A DNA stretch of 64,000 bases from Cyanocohniella sp. LLY. Lineage in GTDB: Bacteria; Cyanobacteriota; Cyanobacteriia; Cyanobacteriales; Nostocaceae. Shown piece after piece: positions 30,482 to 40,696 of the stretch. Every line of letters begins with the position of its first letter. Within the stretch, counting starts at the first letter, position 1. The notes below the pieces were generated by a model that saw nothing but the letters and a program-made list of their open reading frames with translations, was not told where the DNA came from and made no database searches. The translations under genes and the position numbers were made by a program. The stretch is from assembly GCA_022241785.1 (NCBI GenBank), contig JAKOMP010000016.1, positions 2,040 through 66,039 of the forward strand, in the 5' to 3' direction.

Positions 30482-31456
30482 TTAAGACACAGATAACGAA
30501 GCAACTCGGTTGCTAACGATGCGCTCAAAAGTGGCATCAGGTTCAATAAGTCCCCAATTCACCATCCAGTCGTAGGTACGTTGAAAGTCAGTTTCAGCGT
30601 ATGGTGCTGGGTCGGCGTAGCGCAATCGGTTACGACGGAAGTCTGAGGGTCCAAGCTTTACAATATCCTCTGCTACGTCGTCGATCAGATATTGGACATA
30701 TTGCAGAGGGTCTTTTTGTAGGTCTTTCACAGCGCGACGAATTGCTCTGTTGATGGCCTCGAATGTTTCTTCATCCAAGTCTGGACTACCAATCTCTAGG
30801 CCTACATAGTGTGCCTCAGCGATAATTTTGTAGCCGAGTTTTTCTGCTACTGTAATCCAGGGTTCCATAACGGCAACAGCATCAACAACTCCGTCACGCA
30901 AAGCAACAAAGCGGTTGAAACGTTTTCCTTGACCACCACCATCGATATGTACTACTTTGATTTCTTCTTTGGGTAAGAAACCTTCCAGGGTTTGAATAGC
31001 GATGTAGTGGGAGCCGTGGTGAAAGTTAACACCGACGGGTACGTTAGCTAAATCCTGAGGAATATTGTAGGGTGAATCGGGTCGCACAATGATTGCTTGG
31101 CTGGCAATGGCAGCACGTTTGGCTACAACTTGACCACCACGAGAACTGTCATAAGTGCGTCTCACTTGTCCCCACTCACAAGCACGGTAGAGGGTGGTAT
31201 CTCCTTGTTCAAATAGGGATTTTCCGTTACCACCAAAAGAACTAACTTGGTGATGATCTTCAATTAGTTTAATTTCTGGTGGACGTTCATAGTTGCGCTT
31301 CACAAATTCGATATCAATCCCTTCGTCTGCGAAGTAGCCTTGATCGCGAGCTACATAGTACGGCAACGAGAACACAGTCCCACTGATCTCATTCTTGATC
31401 TTTTTGAGTGTTGCAGAGTTACTCATGATCTGTGTGGATATAAATTTTATAATCAA
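30482..31456 (-). CDS. NMT1/THI5-like binding-protein fold without signal peptide
   Basis: LPYYVARDQGYFADEGIDIEF, MEPW; no hydrophobic leader; single Cys in ACEWG. Confidence 0.8.
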   Translation of the reverse strand: MIIKFISTQIMSNSATLKKIKNEISGTVFSLPYYVARDQGYFADEGIDIEFVKRNYERPPEIKLIEDHHQVSSFGGNGKSLFEQGDTTLYRACEWGQVRRTYDSSRGGQVVAKRAAIASQAIIVRPDSPYNIPQDLANVPVGVNFHHGSHYIAIQTLEGFLPKEEIKVVHIDGGGQGKRFNRFVALRDGVVDAVAVMEPWITVAEKLGYKIIAEAHYVGLEIGSPDLDEETFEAINRAIRRAVKDLQKDPLQYVQYLIDDVAEDIVKLGPSDFRRNRLRYADPAPYAETDFQRTYDWMVNWGLIEPDATFERIVSNRVASLSVS

Positions 31457-31499
31457 TGTTTATTCTCCGGTATCTACACGTATTTAGTCAAGATTAAAG

Positions 31500-32240
31500 T
31501 TATTGGGGCGAGTCAGTATTTTGAGTTTGTTTATCTAGTAATCGTTGGACGATTTGCCGCCTACTAGCTTGAAACTTTTGACTGGCGGCTTGAACACGAG
31601 CAGTTATGGACGGAGGAGCAGTTTGGGGAGAGCCACTATTAAAGGGTGGTTGGGGATTGTATTCTATGGCTAGTTGAATTTCTTGAGCGTAGGCGTAGCC
31701 CGTCGTAGACATCGCTTCTGTAAACAACTCGGCTGCGATCGCTAATCCAAAATCAATTCCAGCTGTGACACCACCGCCTGTAATCCGATTCCGGTCAATT
31801 ACTACTCTTTCTCTGACTACTTCTACTCCCAATAACTCTAGTACGTTTAGTGATAACCAGTGAGTAGTAGCACGATAACCTGTCAGTAAACCAGCCGCAG
31901 CTAAGAGTAAGGAACCAGTACAAACAGAGGTGACGTAGCGGGCTTGTTCCTCTTGGGTTTTGAGAAAATCTAAGAAACTTTGGTCTTCCATTTTGGCATT
32001 GACTCCAGGGCCTCCTGGCACAAACAACACATCCAACTTCGGTGCTTGAGCAAAAGTTGTGTTAGGTAAAACAATCAAGCCGCGATCGCTCGATATCGGT
32101 TCTAGAGTTTCTGCTAACAGATATAACTTTGTATTTGGCAATCTAGAAAAGACTTCATAGGGTGCGGTGAAGTCTAATTGTGTCAGGTTGGAAAACAGTA
32201 TTATCCCGATGGATACAGAAATATCTTCTTTGGTACTCAT
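31500..32240 (-). CDS. DJ-1/PfpI family protein (isonitrile hydratase-like)
   Basis: LDFTAPYEVF, SVCTGSLLL, ATTHW, GGVTAGIDF, EYNPQPPF. Confidence 0.9.
   Translation of the reverse strand: MSTKEDISVSIGIILFSNLTQLDFTAPYEVFSRLPNTKLYLLAETLEPISSDRGLIVLPNTTFAQAPKLDVLFVPGGPGVNAKMEDQSFLDFLKTQEEQARYVTSVCTGSLLLAAAGLLTGYRATTHWLSLNVLELLGVEVVRERVVIDRNRITGGGVTAGIDFGLAIAAELFTEAMSTTGYAYAQEIQLAIEYNPQPPFNSGSPQTAPPSITARVQAASQKFQASRRQIVQRLLDKQTQNTDSPQ
31687..31715 (-). repeat. 21-nt SDR5-like insertion in a HIP1 site within the DJ-1 gene
   Basis: GCGAT[GTCTACGACGGGCTACGCCTA]CGC, in frame. Confidence 0.85.
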
Positions 32241-32333
32241 TACTTTATCTCCTGGTTGAGTCTGATGTTCTGATATATCAGCACCTACCATTACCAAATT
32301 ATGGTGACTACTGAAATCTAAAAAAATATAAAC

Positions 32334-32359
32334 TACAGTAATCCTATCGACAAACTGTA
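32334..32359. promoter_or_regulatory. 26-bp palindromic operator (divergent promoter, site 1)
   Basis: TACAGTAATCCTATCGACAAACTGTA. Confidence 0.8.
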
Positions 32360-32374
32360 TAACTATTTCTTAAC

Positions 32375-32400
32375 TACGGTAAGTCTATAGACAAACCGGG
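32375..32400. promoter_or_regulatory. 26-bp palindromic operator (divergent promoter, site 2, variant end)
   Basis: TACGGTAAGTCTATAGACAAACCGGG. Confidence 0.75.
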
Positions 32401-32570
32401 TATTATAAGTAAAGCAAAAAAATTAAACGCATCTTCCAGCTAATTCAGATGTCATCAAAGGATATCTAGTTTTATTTGGAAAATTTTGGCATACGTATTT
32501 TAAATAGCTGCTTATAGGTTTCTAAAGCAGGCATTTACCAACTCAGGCGAGAAAGTCAAAAGGAGTAAAA

Positions 32571-33044
32571 GTGATCAACAGTATCCGGGTTAGCGAAAAT
32601 TTCACAACAACAGGACAAGTCATCCCACAACAACTTGAGCAAGCTATTCAAGAAGGTTTTAAATCTGTGTTAAATTTGCGATCGCCTGATGAATTAGGAT
32701 TTAAACCAGATGAGCAACAAATAGCAGAATCATTAGGACTAAATTATGTCAATGCACCTTTAAAGTTAGAAGAATTGAATGAAGAGTTAATTACTAAAAT
32801 TCTTGAGATATTAAAAGAACTTCCTAAACCAGCTGTCATCCATTGTGCAGCAGCTATGCGTTCCACAGGGATTGCATTATTAAGTATTGCTATTGAAGAA
32901 GGATTAACACCAGAACAAACCCTAGCCAAAGCTCGAAGTTTAGGCTTCGGTTTTATTGAACACCCTCATGTTAGTCCCCGATTAAAAGGAGTATTTGTAG
33001 ACTATCTGAATAAACACACTAAAGTAGCCGTAACAGCAGGATAA
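32571..33044 (+). CDS. DUF442/beta-lactamase-hydrolase-like phosphatase-fold protein (putative sulfurtransferase)
   Basis: GFKSVLNLRSPDE, P-loop HCAAAMR; GTG after AAGGAG. Confidence 0.85.
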   Translation: MINSIRVSENFTTTGQVIPQQLEQAIQEGFKSVLNLRSPDELGFKPDEQQIAESLGLNYVNAPLKLEELNEELITKILEILKELPKPAVIHCAAAMRSTGIALLSIAIEEGLTPEQTLAKARSLGFGFIEHPHVSPRLKGVFVDYLNKHTKVAVTAG

Positions 33045-33078
33045 ACGTGCTGAATAGTCACAAAAATTGTGTAATGAG

Positions 33079-33101
33079 AGAGACGCGTTAATCGCGTCTC
33101 T
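33079..33101. terminator. Hairpin between convergent genes
   Basis: AGAGACGCG-TTAAT-CGCGTCTCT. Confidence 0.6.
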
Positions 33102-33111
33102 AAAAACTAAT

Positions 33112-33927
33112 TCAAGTCCAGTTGCGTACCACAACAATCTTAAACTGGCGTTCCTCGGAAAAATCGTAATCTAGAGAACTAAAACGTTGCAAAGTCCACT
33201 CACGTAAATCTTGAACAGCACGAGTAAAAATATCATCAGGAATTGCCCAAGATGCACTTTGGGTTTTGTTTTCATGATTTTCTAGTAACGTACCCACAGT
33301 TTGCTGAAATTGCCATTTGGCAGCAATTACCGTTTCTAAAGTCACGCCTTGTGTTTCCAACTCAGTTAATACTTCCTCTTGCGTCGCACCATAACGAGGT
33401 AAGGGATGACCATAATCATCTAAAATAGCCCGCCAACGCTGAGAAAATTCCCACCTATCAGGATTAGTGTCCGCACTAGGTTGAGTAGCATTAGCTTGAC
33501 TATGACTATAAAGGTAAATCCCCCCTGACTTGAGGACACGGCGAATTTCTGCCAATGCTTGCTTCCAATTAGAAATTAGATGAAATACATGAACCGTCAC
33601 AGCGACATCAAAAGAATTTTCCTCGAATGGTAAAGCAGTAGCATCTCCTTGAATGGCTGTTAACTTGTGAGACACACCCTCTAGTTTTTGATGCAATTCA
33701 GCCAACATTTTCTCAGAGACATCTATTCCTGTATAGGAATAACCTCTTTTCGCAATTGGTACAGCGATTCTACCAGTACCAATACCAGTTTCAAAAAACT
33801 TAGTTTCTGGGGTAGCGGAAACTAGGTTGAGGATAAAATCAGTGACTTGTTCAGAAATTTCAGGAGGAAATCCCCGTGTAGCATCGTAAATATCAGAAAC
33901 TCGGTCAAAAGAAATCACCTTAGTCAT
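33112..33927 (-). CDS. Class I SAM-dependent methyltransferase
   Basis: ETGIGTGRI, GDATALPF..FD, HVFHL. Confidence 0.9.
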   Translation of the reverse strand: MTKVISFDRVSDIYDATRGFPPEISEQVTDFILNLVSATPETKFFETGIGTGRIAVPIAKRGYSYTGIDVSEKMLAELHQKLEGVSHKLTAIQGDATALPFEENSFDVAVTVHVFHLISNWKQALAEIRRVLKSGGIYLYSHSQANATQPSADTNPDRWEFSQRWRAILDDYGHPLPRYGATQEEVLTELETQGVTLETVIAAKWQFQQTVGTLLENHENKTQSASWAIPDDIFTRAVQDLREWTLQRFSSLDYDFSEERQFKIVVVRNWT

Positions 33928-34061
33928 AAATTCTGCCTTGATAGTTAGAGAAAATCAACTCAAAATATTGAGCATTTATAAATGCACTGCCAACAATTAA
34001 TAATTGTTAATTAAGAATTACATACAGCCTGCCTAGCAGCATCCGCAGGAAAGATTACGAA

Positions 34062-34826
34062 TTAAATACGTCCCCAAATTAAAATCCGCTTGTAGGGAAA
34101 AAAGAATGGACGCTCATCGGGTAAAATCTCAAATAACTTTTGCTGATAACGCTGGACAAATTTTTCATAAGTTGCGCTCTCTAAATGTGATTCATAAGCT
34201 GTTAATAATGAGCCACGATACCATTCAGCTACGGCTTCTCTTGAAGGTAATACATGACCGTAAATTTGAAGTTTTACGTTTTGTTTAATAAAGCCTAACT
34301 TATAAAGTAGTTTGGCATAATCGGCTGGAGATAGTACTTTTAATCGCCGCACATACCCCCCCAATTCTTCACTAAATTCTTTTGCTGTCTCCACTGCTAA
34401 CTGATGCACTGGCTCATCATCCATTGTGGGAATTTGTATAGCCAATTGTCCATTTGGTTGTAGCTTATTTCGTAATTTTGTCAGTAAAATTTCATGCCCT
34501 ATCAACCACTGTAAAGCAGCATTAGAAAAAACTACATCAAACTTTCCGTCCCCTGGATTATCTTCAATTTTTCCTAGTTCAAAGCGTAGTCCATCACCTT
34601 CGTATTGACGTGCCTTTTGCAACATATTTTCCGAAGCATCTATTCCTATAGTTTCCCTTGCTGCTAGGGTATCATGCAGATATTTCGTGAGCTTTCCTGT
34701 TCCAGATCCTAAGTCTATAACTCGTAAATTCTCTTGGTGTTGGATCAAATCTACCAAGTCGTAAAATGGACGACTGCGTTCTGCTTGAAACCTTTCATAT
34801 TGTTCAGGATTCCATTTATCTGACAT
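34062..34826 (-). CDS. Trans-aconitate 2-methyltransferase-like
   Basis: W.PEQYERF..ERSRPFYDL, DLGSGTG, FSNAALQW. Confidence 0.85.
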   Translation of the reverse strand: MSDKWNPEQYERFQAERSRPFYDLVDLIQHQENLRVIDLGSGTGKLTKYLHDTLAARETIGIDASENMLQKARQYEGDGLRFELGKIEDNPGDGKFDVVFSNAALQWLIGHEILLTKLRNKLQPNGQLAIQIPTMDDEPVHQLAVETAKEFSEELGGYVRRLKVLSPADYAKLLYKLGFIKQNVKLQIYGHVLPSREAVAEWYRGSLLTAYESHLESATYEKFVQRYQQKLFEILPDERPFFFPYKRILIWGRI

Positions 34827-35004
34827 TTTGATATCCCTGGAAAATTTGTTAAAAAATGAGAAATAGGGGAGATAGTTGTCCTCATCCCCCATTTTTAGTT
34901 ATGCCCAATATTGTGGAAGTCATCTTTTTTCTCCTGTAATTTTTGGATGTCTATTGCTAGATATGAAACTACTTTTGAGTTGTTAATTTGAATATTTCTA
35001 TTTC

Positions 35005-35104
35005 CGTACAAAAAATAGATAGTCATACTAAAAGCAACAACTATGACAAATCTGCGGACTAATTGAGGTTCCAGCTTACGTGCATAATGAGTAGTTAAAT
35101 AACC
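35005..35104 (-). pseudogene. 3' remnant of a TauE/SafE sulfite exporter-like gene
   Basis: Manual translation GYLTTHYARKLEPQLVRRFVIVVAFSMTIYFL. Confidence 0.6.
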
Positions 35105-35236
35105 TTTGTAAATCCGGTTCTACGTATCCACCGATTAAAAATAAACCGACTACGAGATGTTCGGAAAACAAAACTCGCACGGTGACATTATGAAACGTCA
35201 ACACAAACGAGGATAGAAGAACCGTCAGTATTATTT

Positions 35237-35833
35237 TTAAGACTCTGGCTTTGTTGCTTGCAGGGATGGTCGCTGGGAAAACTCATCATACCATTGTGCC
35301 AGTTTGGGATAATTTGGTCGCCATTGAAGTTCAGGTAGACGAATTTCTAGTCCTAGTGCAGAAGCAAGGGTGATATGAGCAAGCTTAGGAGTTTGATCGA
35401 GTCTATCGGAAATCTTCTCAAAGTAATCCAAGATTCTTAAAGCACGCGATCGCTCTAACTCGATTATGCTAGGTGATTGCTCACTTTCATGACGAAATTT
35501 TCGCTCTCTTGTCCAGGTACTAATACCATCTATAAACGCCGTTGTGATGCCTTCTAGCTGCTGGGAAAATCCGTCAGAATCGTCAGCGACAATTTTGATT
35601 TCTGGATTTAATCGGTTTAGATAAGCGACAATGATTCGGGTTTCACTCAAAATAAATCCGTCATCAGTGGCCAAGGTTGGTACTTTTCCTGTGGGATTGT
35701 AATTGAGTAATTCGCTATGGCGATCGCGTATCGTGACTTCTTGCAGTTCCACTTGATCAACTAAATCTAGCTCAATAATTGCTACACGCGCTATACGTGC
35801 GTATTGGGATGTTTTTCTGGAGAAGAGTTTCAT
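35237..35833 (-). CDS. Glutathione S-transferase family protein
   Basis: SQYAR, NPTGKVPTL, SETRII, YPKLAQWY. Confidence 0.88.
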   Translation of the reverse strand: MKLFSRKTSQYARIARVAIIELDLVDQVELQEVTIRDRHSELLNYNPTGKVPTLATDDGFILSETRIIVAYLNRLNPEIKIVADDSDGFSQQLEGITTAFIDGISTWTRERKFRHESEQSPSIIELERSRALRILDYFEKISDRLDQTPKLAHITLASALGLEIRLPELQWRPNYPKLAQWYDEFSQRPSLQATKPES

Positions 35834-35847
35834 AAAAAAGGGTGATG

Positions 35848-35890
35848 TTTTTCAGTATCTCTTCCCGAACAGAGAAGAGATACTGAAAAA
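35848..35890. terminator. Perfect 17-bp stem, bidirectional terminator-like
   Basis: TTTTTCAGTATCTCTTC...GAAGAGATACTGAAAAA. Confidence 0.8.
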
Positions 35891-35896
35891 TTAGTG

Positions 35897-36372
35897 TCAA
35901 ATAGCAGCACCTGCTAATTCAGGAGATGCAACTTGGGTAAATTGGTTAACTGGACGAGGTAAACCAAGATTTTCTCGTAGGGTGCTACCTTCATACTCAG
36001 TCCGGAACAAACCAGGGATGCAAACTTGCGGGCGATGTGAAAGGGTTCTTCGTAGGTAGTTGATGCTGTTGCTACTAACCCAATATTTTTTGTAACTACA
36101 GATAGGGCTGATAACAAGGTTAGGGGTTCAAAGTGGACGCTAAATTGTCCCGAACGACTAAAAGCTTCTTTCCCCTGTCCGCGATCCCAGACGGCTAAAC
36201 CATCGGCGAGGAACACCATGTCAAATTTGCCCCGTTCGGCATGTGCTAGTTGCTGGTAATGCTGAAAATTTAAGCCCCCATCTGCTTGAGATTGGGGGTG
36301 TCGCCATGCTGCTACGTGATGGCCGGAACCGGGTAAGAATGCGCCTAGTTTGATTTGTTTTTTCGTAGTCAT
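35897..36372 (-). pseudogene. NtaA/SnaA/DszA-family flavin monooxygenase with large internal deletion
   Basis: N-terminus ...AERGKFD..FLAD..FEP..ARKFASL joined out of frame to the family C-terminus GLFRTEYEGSTLRENLGL...AAI*. Confidence 0.88.
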
Positions 36373-36432
36373 AATTATGAAATTTGCATACCGCCAAGGG
36401 GAAACCAGGCAATAGGGAGGGAAATTTTGCTT

Positions 36433-37299
36433 CTATTCAGGGTAAAAAACGAATGTCCGTAGTTCGATGCTTTCCCGTGGAGGAGCATCTGCTGGGCTTG
36501 TGGGGTCTGTAAAAGCTGTATGAGCCGCAAAACGCGCGATTCCCTCTTCTGCGGAATCAAAACACTTAATAAATAGTGCCTCATCGCTGTGCATTTGCGG
36601 AAAATAATACCATTGATGCTGAGGATTATAGGTAGCCGAATAAGTTTCACCCACGCGATCGCGGTACACCAAATCACCAGCTATCAGGTCTGTAGGTGCA
36701 ATACTTTGAGCATCACACAATGCTAAAGGTGACTCTTGAATAGGTTGAGCGATCGCTCGCCAAACGTTAATAATGGCAAAACGTCGTTGCAATAAACTAT
36801 CAATATTTTCTATTCTCCGTGCAGTTAATTCTCGACGGGCGCGAGTATAGCCAGATTTTGCTGTAAAGTCGTTATGTACGCGCTTGGCAGGTTCTTTAAT
36901 ATTATTTTCACCAGGCTTAGACTGACCAGCATTACGCAAAGTGTGATCAAATATCACCACCTGAGTTGCACCTGTGACATCTTTTAATAACTGCTCTGCT
37001 TCTGGATAGTAGACACGCCGTACTTCGTCTTCATCATAAAAGTTACTGACATTAGTTTCATGTCTAGTAAATGCAAATCCTTCTCGATCTAACAAGATTT
37101 GCTCAGAGATAGAACGAGCATTGTAAATTGGTAACTTGTGTGTCTGATGAGTGCCATTAGAGCGAGGAATCCCGGCTGGCGGTTCATAAGTATAGTTAAT
37201 TGGTTTTTCTGCCATTGGAACCAGGTAACTGAGGTTAGCCTCTACGTATGGCAGTTTTGCGGAAACTGGTTTGTCTAGAATTTGGCTATCTAGGCTCAT
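36433..37299 (-). CDS. CmcJ/NvfI/AsaB-family oxidoreductase
   Basis: FDHTLR, VHNDFT, INVWR, PLALCD, AHTAF.DP, RESIELR. Confidence 0.85.
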   Translation of the reverse strand: MSLDSQILDKPVSAKLPYVEANLSYLVPMAEKPINYTYEPPAGIPRSNGTHQTHKLPIYNARSISEQILLDREGFAFTRHETNVSNFYDEDEVRRVYYPEAEQLLKDVTGATQVVIFDHTLRNAGQSKPGENNIKEPAKRVHNDFTAKSGYTRARRELTARRIENIDSLLQRRFAIINVWRAIAQPIQESPLALCDAQSIAPTDLIAGDLVYRDRVGETYSATYNPQHQWYYFPQMHSDEALFIKCFDSAEEGIARFAAHTAFTDPTSPADAPPRESIELRTFVFYPE

Positions 37300-37422
37300 A
37301 GTTTTTATCCTGATTGTTTGACCCAACTTTTGATAAGGGACTTCCAGAAAATAAATTACTCTACAAAAAACGAAAGACAGCATTCATTTAAGAATGATAA
37401 TAATTATTTTTTAGGAAATATT

Positions 37423-37845
37423 TTATTTTTTGTAAGTCTCATTGTTTCCCAGATACCTTTGTAACCGTTGATTTAGAGTTCCTGTATGTAACTCAAATAA
37501 ATGGTTGTCGTAGTCGTAAAAATATAAGGAGCGCCCTTCTCCTTCTACACGACTTCGACCTTCCTTCACATCTAAATCAAGACTCCTAACTTTGGCAGTG
37601 TAAAGTTCGTAGTCTTCTTCGGTTATTTTAAAAGCCACATGGTTATAAGTTTTTTCTGGTAAAGAATCCCCTTCCATGATGGCAATCCATAAGCCATTTA
37701 TCAGGAAGAATTTTTCTTTTGAGATGGAGAAGGCTTGCTCACCACTATAATAAATCTCCTCAGCATCAAATATGGATACAAGGAATTTTGTCATATTCTC
37801 CAAGTTTTTGACGATGAATGTGATATGACTAATTCCTTCAATCAT
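37423..37845 (-). CDS. fosX: Fosfomycin resistance hydrolase FosX-like (VOC)
   Basis: ISHITFIVK, FSISKEKFF, GLWIAIMEG, YNHVAFKI, EGEGRSLYFYDYDNHLFELHTGTL. Confidence 0.8.
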   Translation of the reverse strand: MIEGISHITFIVKNLENMTKFLVSIFDAEEIYYSGEQAFSISKEKFFLINGLWIAIMEGDSLPEKTYNHVAFKITEEDYELYTAKVRSLDLDVKEGRSRVEGEGRSLYFYDYDNHLFELHTGTLNQRLQRYLGNNETYKK

Positions 37846-37895
37846 TCTTCTTTGTTAGGTTGAGTTAGACTTCGGTTAATAAACACTCTTGCAAG

Positions 37896-38297
37896 TCATT
37901 TTATTTCCAAGGCAACAGATAGATTTCTGTACGCCTTTAGTTCGATTGCATTTCCACTCGGATCGCTTAACAGCATCTTTGCTTGCTCTGCGTCGGTATC
38001 CACACCAGAAACATTTGGCCTTACCTTGAACTGAATCCTCATTTCATCAAGGCGATTTGCAAGCGTCTCCCAATCACTCCACGCCAAAACAGCACCGAAG
38101 TGACGCACGCCATGTTCTTCTATCGGTAAAACCTCAGAGGGTCGTTCATGCAAAGTAATCTGTGCTTCAAAAAGAAATATGTCGAGCCACTTGTCACGGA
38201 TACGACCGACCTTGGCACCGAAGGTGGTGACATAAAAATTCTTAGATTCTTCTAACTCTCGGACGGGGAAGGCAAGATGAAAAATTGGGCGAAACAT
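37896..38297 (-). CDS. VOC/glyoxalase-family protein
   Basis: FHLAFPV, RHFG, DPSGNAIELK. Confidence 0.87.
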   Translation of the reverse strand: MFRPIFHLAFPVRELEESKNFYVTTFGAKVGRIRDKWLDIFLFEAQITLHERPSEVLPIEEHGVRHFGAVLAWSDWETLANRLDEMRIQFKVRPNVSGVDTDAEQAKMLLSDPSGNAIELKAYRNLSVALEIK

Positions 38298-38383
38298 AAC
38301 CAGAGTTATTTTTGAGTAAAAGGCTTTGGGACTATTTCAATTCATTACGTGCTGAAATTATGCACCTTTCTCCACCTTTTGCC

Positions 38384-39067
38384 TTACTTTTGTCCAGCAC
38401 CAACAGCAGTAGGTTGACCGAGAACCTTAGAAAATCTCTGCACGTAGAAATCTATCGGATTTGCTACTGCTTGAATTGAAGAGCGATCGCTTACTGCATT
38501 CCACCATGTTTGCAAACGGGGTGTTTTTGCTGGTAGTTGGAATTGACGGAAGTGATCTAAAACAGGTAAGCGTTCAAACCAAGGATAGAAGCTAATATCC
38601 ACCAAACTAAACTGCTCCCCTAACCAGTAAGGGCCATTTTCAGATAACTTAGCTAATCCTTCTTGCTCTATATATAACAATGCTTCTGTAAACTCTCGTC
38701 GTCCTTGTTCTTGTTCTTGTGCATCCTTACCACGCAAGAACTTGTTAAACGCAGGTACTAATCGAGTGTTGGCGTAGTCGATCCAGAGGCGGGCGATCGC
38801 TTTTGTTGCAGGATCAGCAGGTAATAACGCTGGTTCGGGAAACACTTCTTCTAAATATTCATTGATAATTGCAGATTCATAGAGTTCCACATCTCCATGT
38901 TTGATGGCTGGAACTTTGCCATAACGGGAAATATTGGTGTATCCATCTGGTTTGTTTTGTAAATCAATTTCAATCTGGCTAAAATCAATACCTTTCTCTA
39001 ACAAAACCACACGGGTACGTTGCGAGAAGGTAGAAGCTTTAGCAAAGTAAAGTTGAACGTTACTCAT
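38384..39067 (-). CDS. Glutathione S-transferase family protein (STFS motif)
   Basis: [33 protein letters not shown]. Confidence 0.9.
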   Translation of the reverse strand: MSNVQLYFAKASTFSQRTRVVLLEKGIDFSQIEIDLQNKPDGYTNISRYGKVPAIKHGDVELYESAIINEYLEEVFPEPALLPADPATKAIARLWIDYANTRLVPAFNKFLRGKDAQEQEQGRREFTEALLYIEQEGLAKLSENGPYWLGEQFSLVDISFYPWFERLPVLDHFRQFQLPAKTPRLQTWWNAVSDRSSIQAVANPIDFYVQRFSKVLGQPTAVGAGQK

Positions 39068-39222
39068 GGAGTGCTTTCCTTTGTAAAAATGATGTTGCTG
39101 ACTATGGGATTGAGATAAATAAGCACCTAGCCCTGGCGATTATAAAAGCAGCCCAAGGATGCCGCTAGGCTGTACGGGGCCGACTTGTAATAGCAGGTGT
39201 TTATCTATGCTAGATTGCATAT

Positions 39223-39248
39223 TACGGTTTATCAATAGATTTACCGTA
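39223..39248. promoter_or_regulatory. 26-bp palindromic operator upstream of the GST-VOC-fosX-CmcJ run
   Basis: TACGGTTTATCAATAGATTTACCGTA. Confidence 0.88.
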
Positions 39249-39276
39249 GTTTTAATTATCATACAATCTTTTGTAG

Positions 39277-40344
39277 CTAAACCATAATTTCTGATGGTGT
39301 GATGGCTGCATACACTTCAGATGGAAGTAGCGCCTCCTTAATGTCAATTTTTCTAGGAATGACACCTACTTCCGTGAATAAATCGGCAACACGTTGTTGT
39401 TCTGCGATTAATGCGGGACTGAGGCCTCTACGTCCTGCAAAGGTACGACGAGACATGACTCTTTCAGCTACATCTGGATCTAGCTTTTGTTCGGTGATCA
39501 TCAATTGTTTCACGTCATCTCGATTTGTATCTGCCCATTTATCAAGAGCATGAAGTTCCTCAATCAGAATTTTCAGCAAGCCAGGATTTTCCAAAGCAAA
39601 CTGTCTGTCTGCAATATAGTAACCACCAGGAGAATCTAACCCCACAGAGTCCCTCAATACACGAATGCGATTCATTTTTTGGGCGATCGCATAATGTGGA
39701 TCTCCTGTCATCCACACGGGAATCCTCCCTTCTAAGAAAGCACCCCGTGCTTCAATAGTTGCCATATTTTTGATGATGATATCGTTAATGGTCAAGCCTA
39801 TTGACTGCAAAGCTCTAAGAATAAAATAGTGTGATGCCGAGCCTCTTTGAAAATAAACTTCTTGCCCTTTTATCTCCTCAAACTTCTGAAGTGAAGACTC
39901 TGGTGGCACAGCAATTACACTAGATACACCTGATTGGGGATTTCTATTAGTCCCAACAACGTAAACAATATCTGAGCCGGCTACCTGGGCAAAAATCGGT
40001 GGGGTTTCTCCTACTGATCCCACATCAACCCTACGCGCCGCCATCCCTTCCATGAGTTGAGGTCCCTGGGCAAATTGCAACCATTCGACTTTTACCCCCA
40101 AAGGATCTAAGCGTTTTTCTAAAACTTGTCGATTCCAGACAAGATCGCCAGCACTTTGATAACCCATGCGGAGAACTTTAGTTGTGATTGCAGAGTAATC
40201 TAAATTGCTTGTACTACCACTTACAGCAGAAGTTTGGACAATATTTTGTTGGTCTTGCTGACTACAACTCCCTAACAAATATGCTGTGGAAAAACCACTT
40301 AGACTATACGTAGCCATATTGAGAAAACGACGGCGTTTAATCAT
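39277..40344 (-). CDS. ssuA: Aliphatic sulfonate ABC transporter substrate-binding lipoprotein
   Basis: KRRRFL leader, LGSC lipobox, RMGYQ, FAQGPQLME, GETPPIFAQ. Confidence 0.88.
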   Translation of the reverse strand: MIKRRRFLNMATYSLSGFSTAYLLGSCSQQDQQNIVQTSAVSGSTSNLDYSAITTKVLRMGYQSAGDLVWNRQVLEKRLDPLGVKVEWLQFAQGPQLMEGMAARRVDVGSVGETPPIFAQVAGSDIVYVVGTNRNPQSGVSSVIAVPPESSLQKFEEIKGQEVYFQRGSASHYFILRALQSIGLTINDIIIKNMATIEARGAFLEGRIPVWMTGDPHYAIAQKMNRIRVLRDSVGLDSPGGYYIADRQFALENPGLLKILIEELHALDKWADTNRDDVKQLMITEQKLDPDVAERVMSRRTFAGRRGLSPALIAEQQRVADLFTEVGVIPRKIDIKEALLPSEVYAAITPSEIMV

Positions 40345-40696
40345 AACTGTGTTGCCTCTCAGATTAGTGATGGTATGAGAAAATGCCAATATTTTGGGAA
40401 TTTCTGAAAATAAATGATCCAAGTTTAATGGAATTTTTTCTTCTTCCCTTACTCCCTACTTCTCTCGACCAGTGTTCGCGTAGCGTCCCGCAGGGATGGG
40501 GATAATTTTTGAGTTGGAAGTTACTTATGGTGCGATCGCCTGAAGTTTACTGAATGAAGTATTGAGCAATATTAGATGTTATCTTAGTGATTCTTGCTAA
40601 ATTAAAGAGGTGTTGAACAATACAAAGATTCATCAATAAAATTTATAAAAAATCAGTCTTTCTTTATTTAGAGAGGTAAAAGCTAAATTTTTTGTA

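Noticed and set aside
31475..31500. TACACGTATTTAGTCAAGATTAAAGT as another operator
   Set aside because: Right half does not match and the core is weak.
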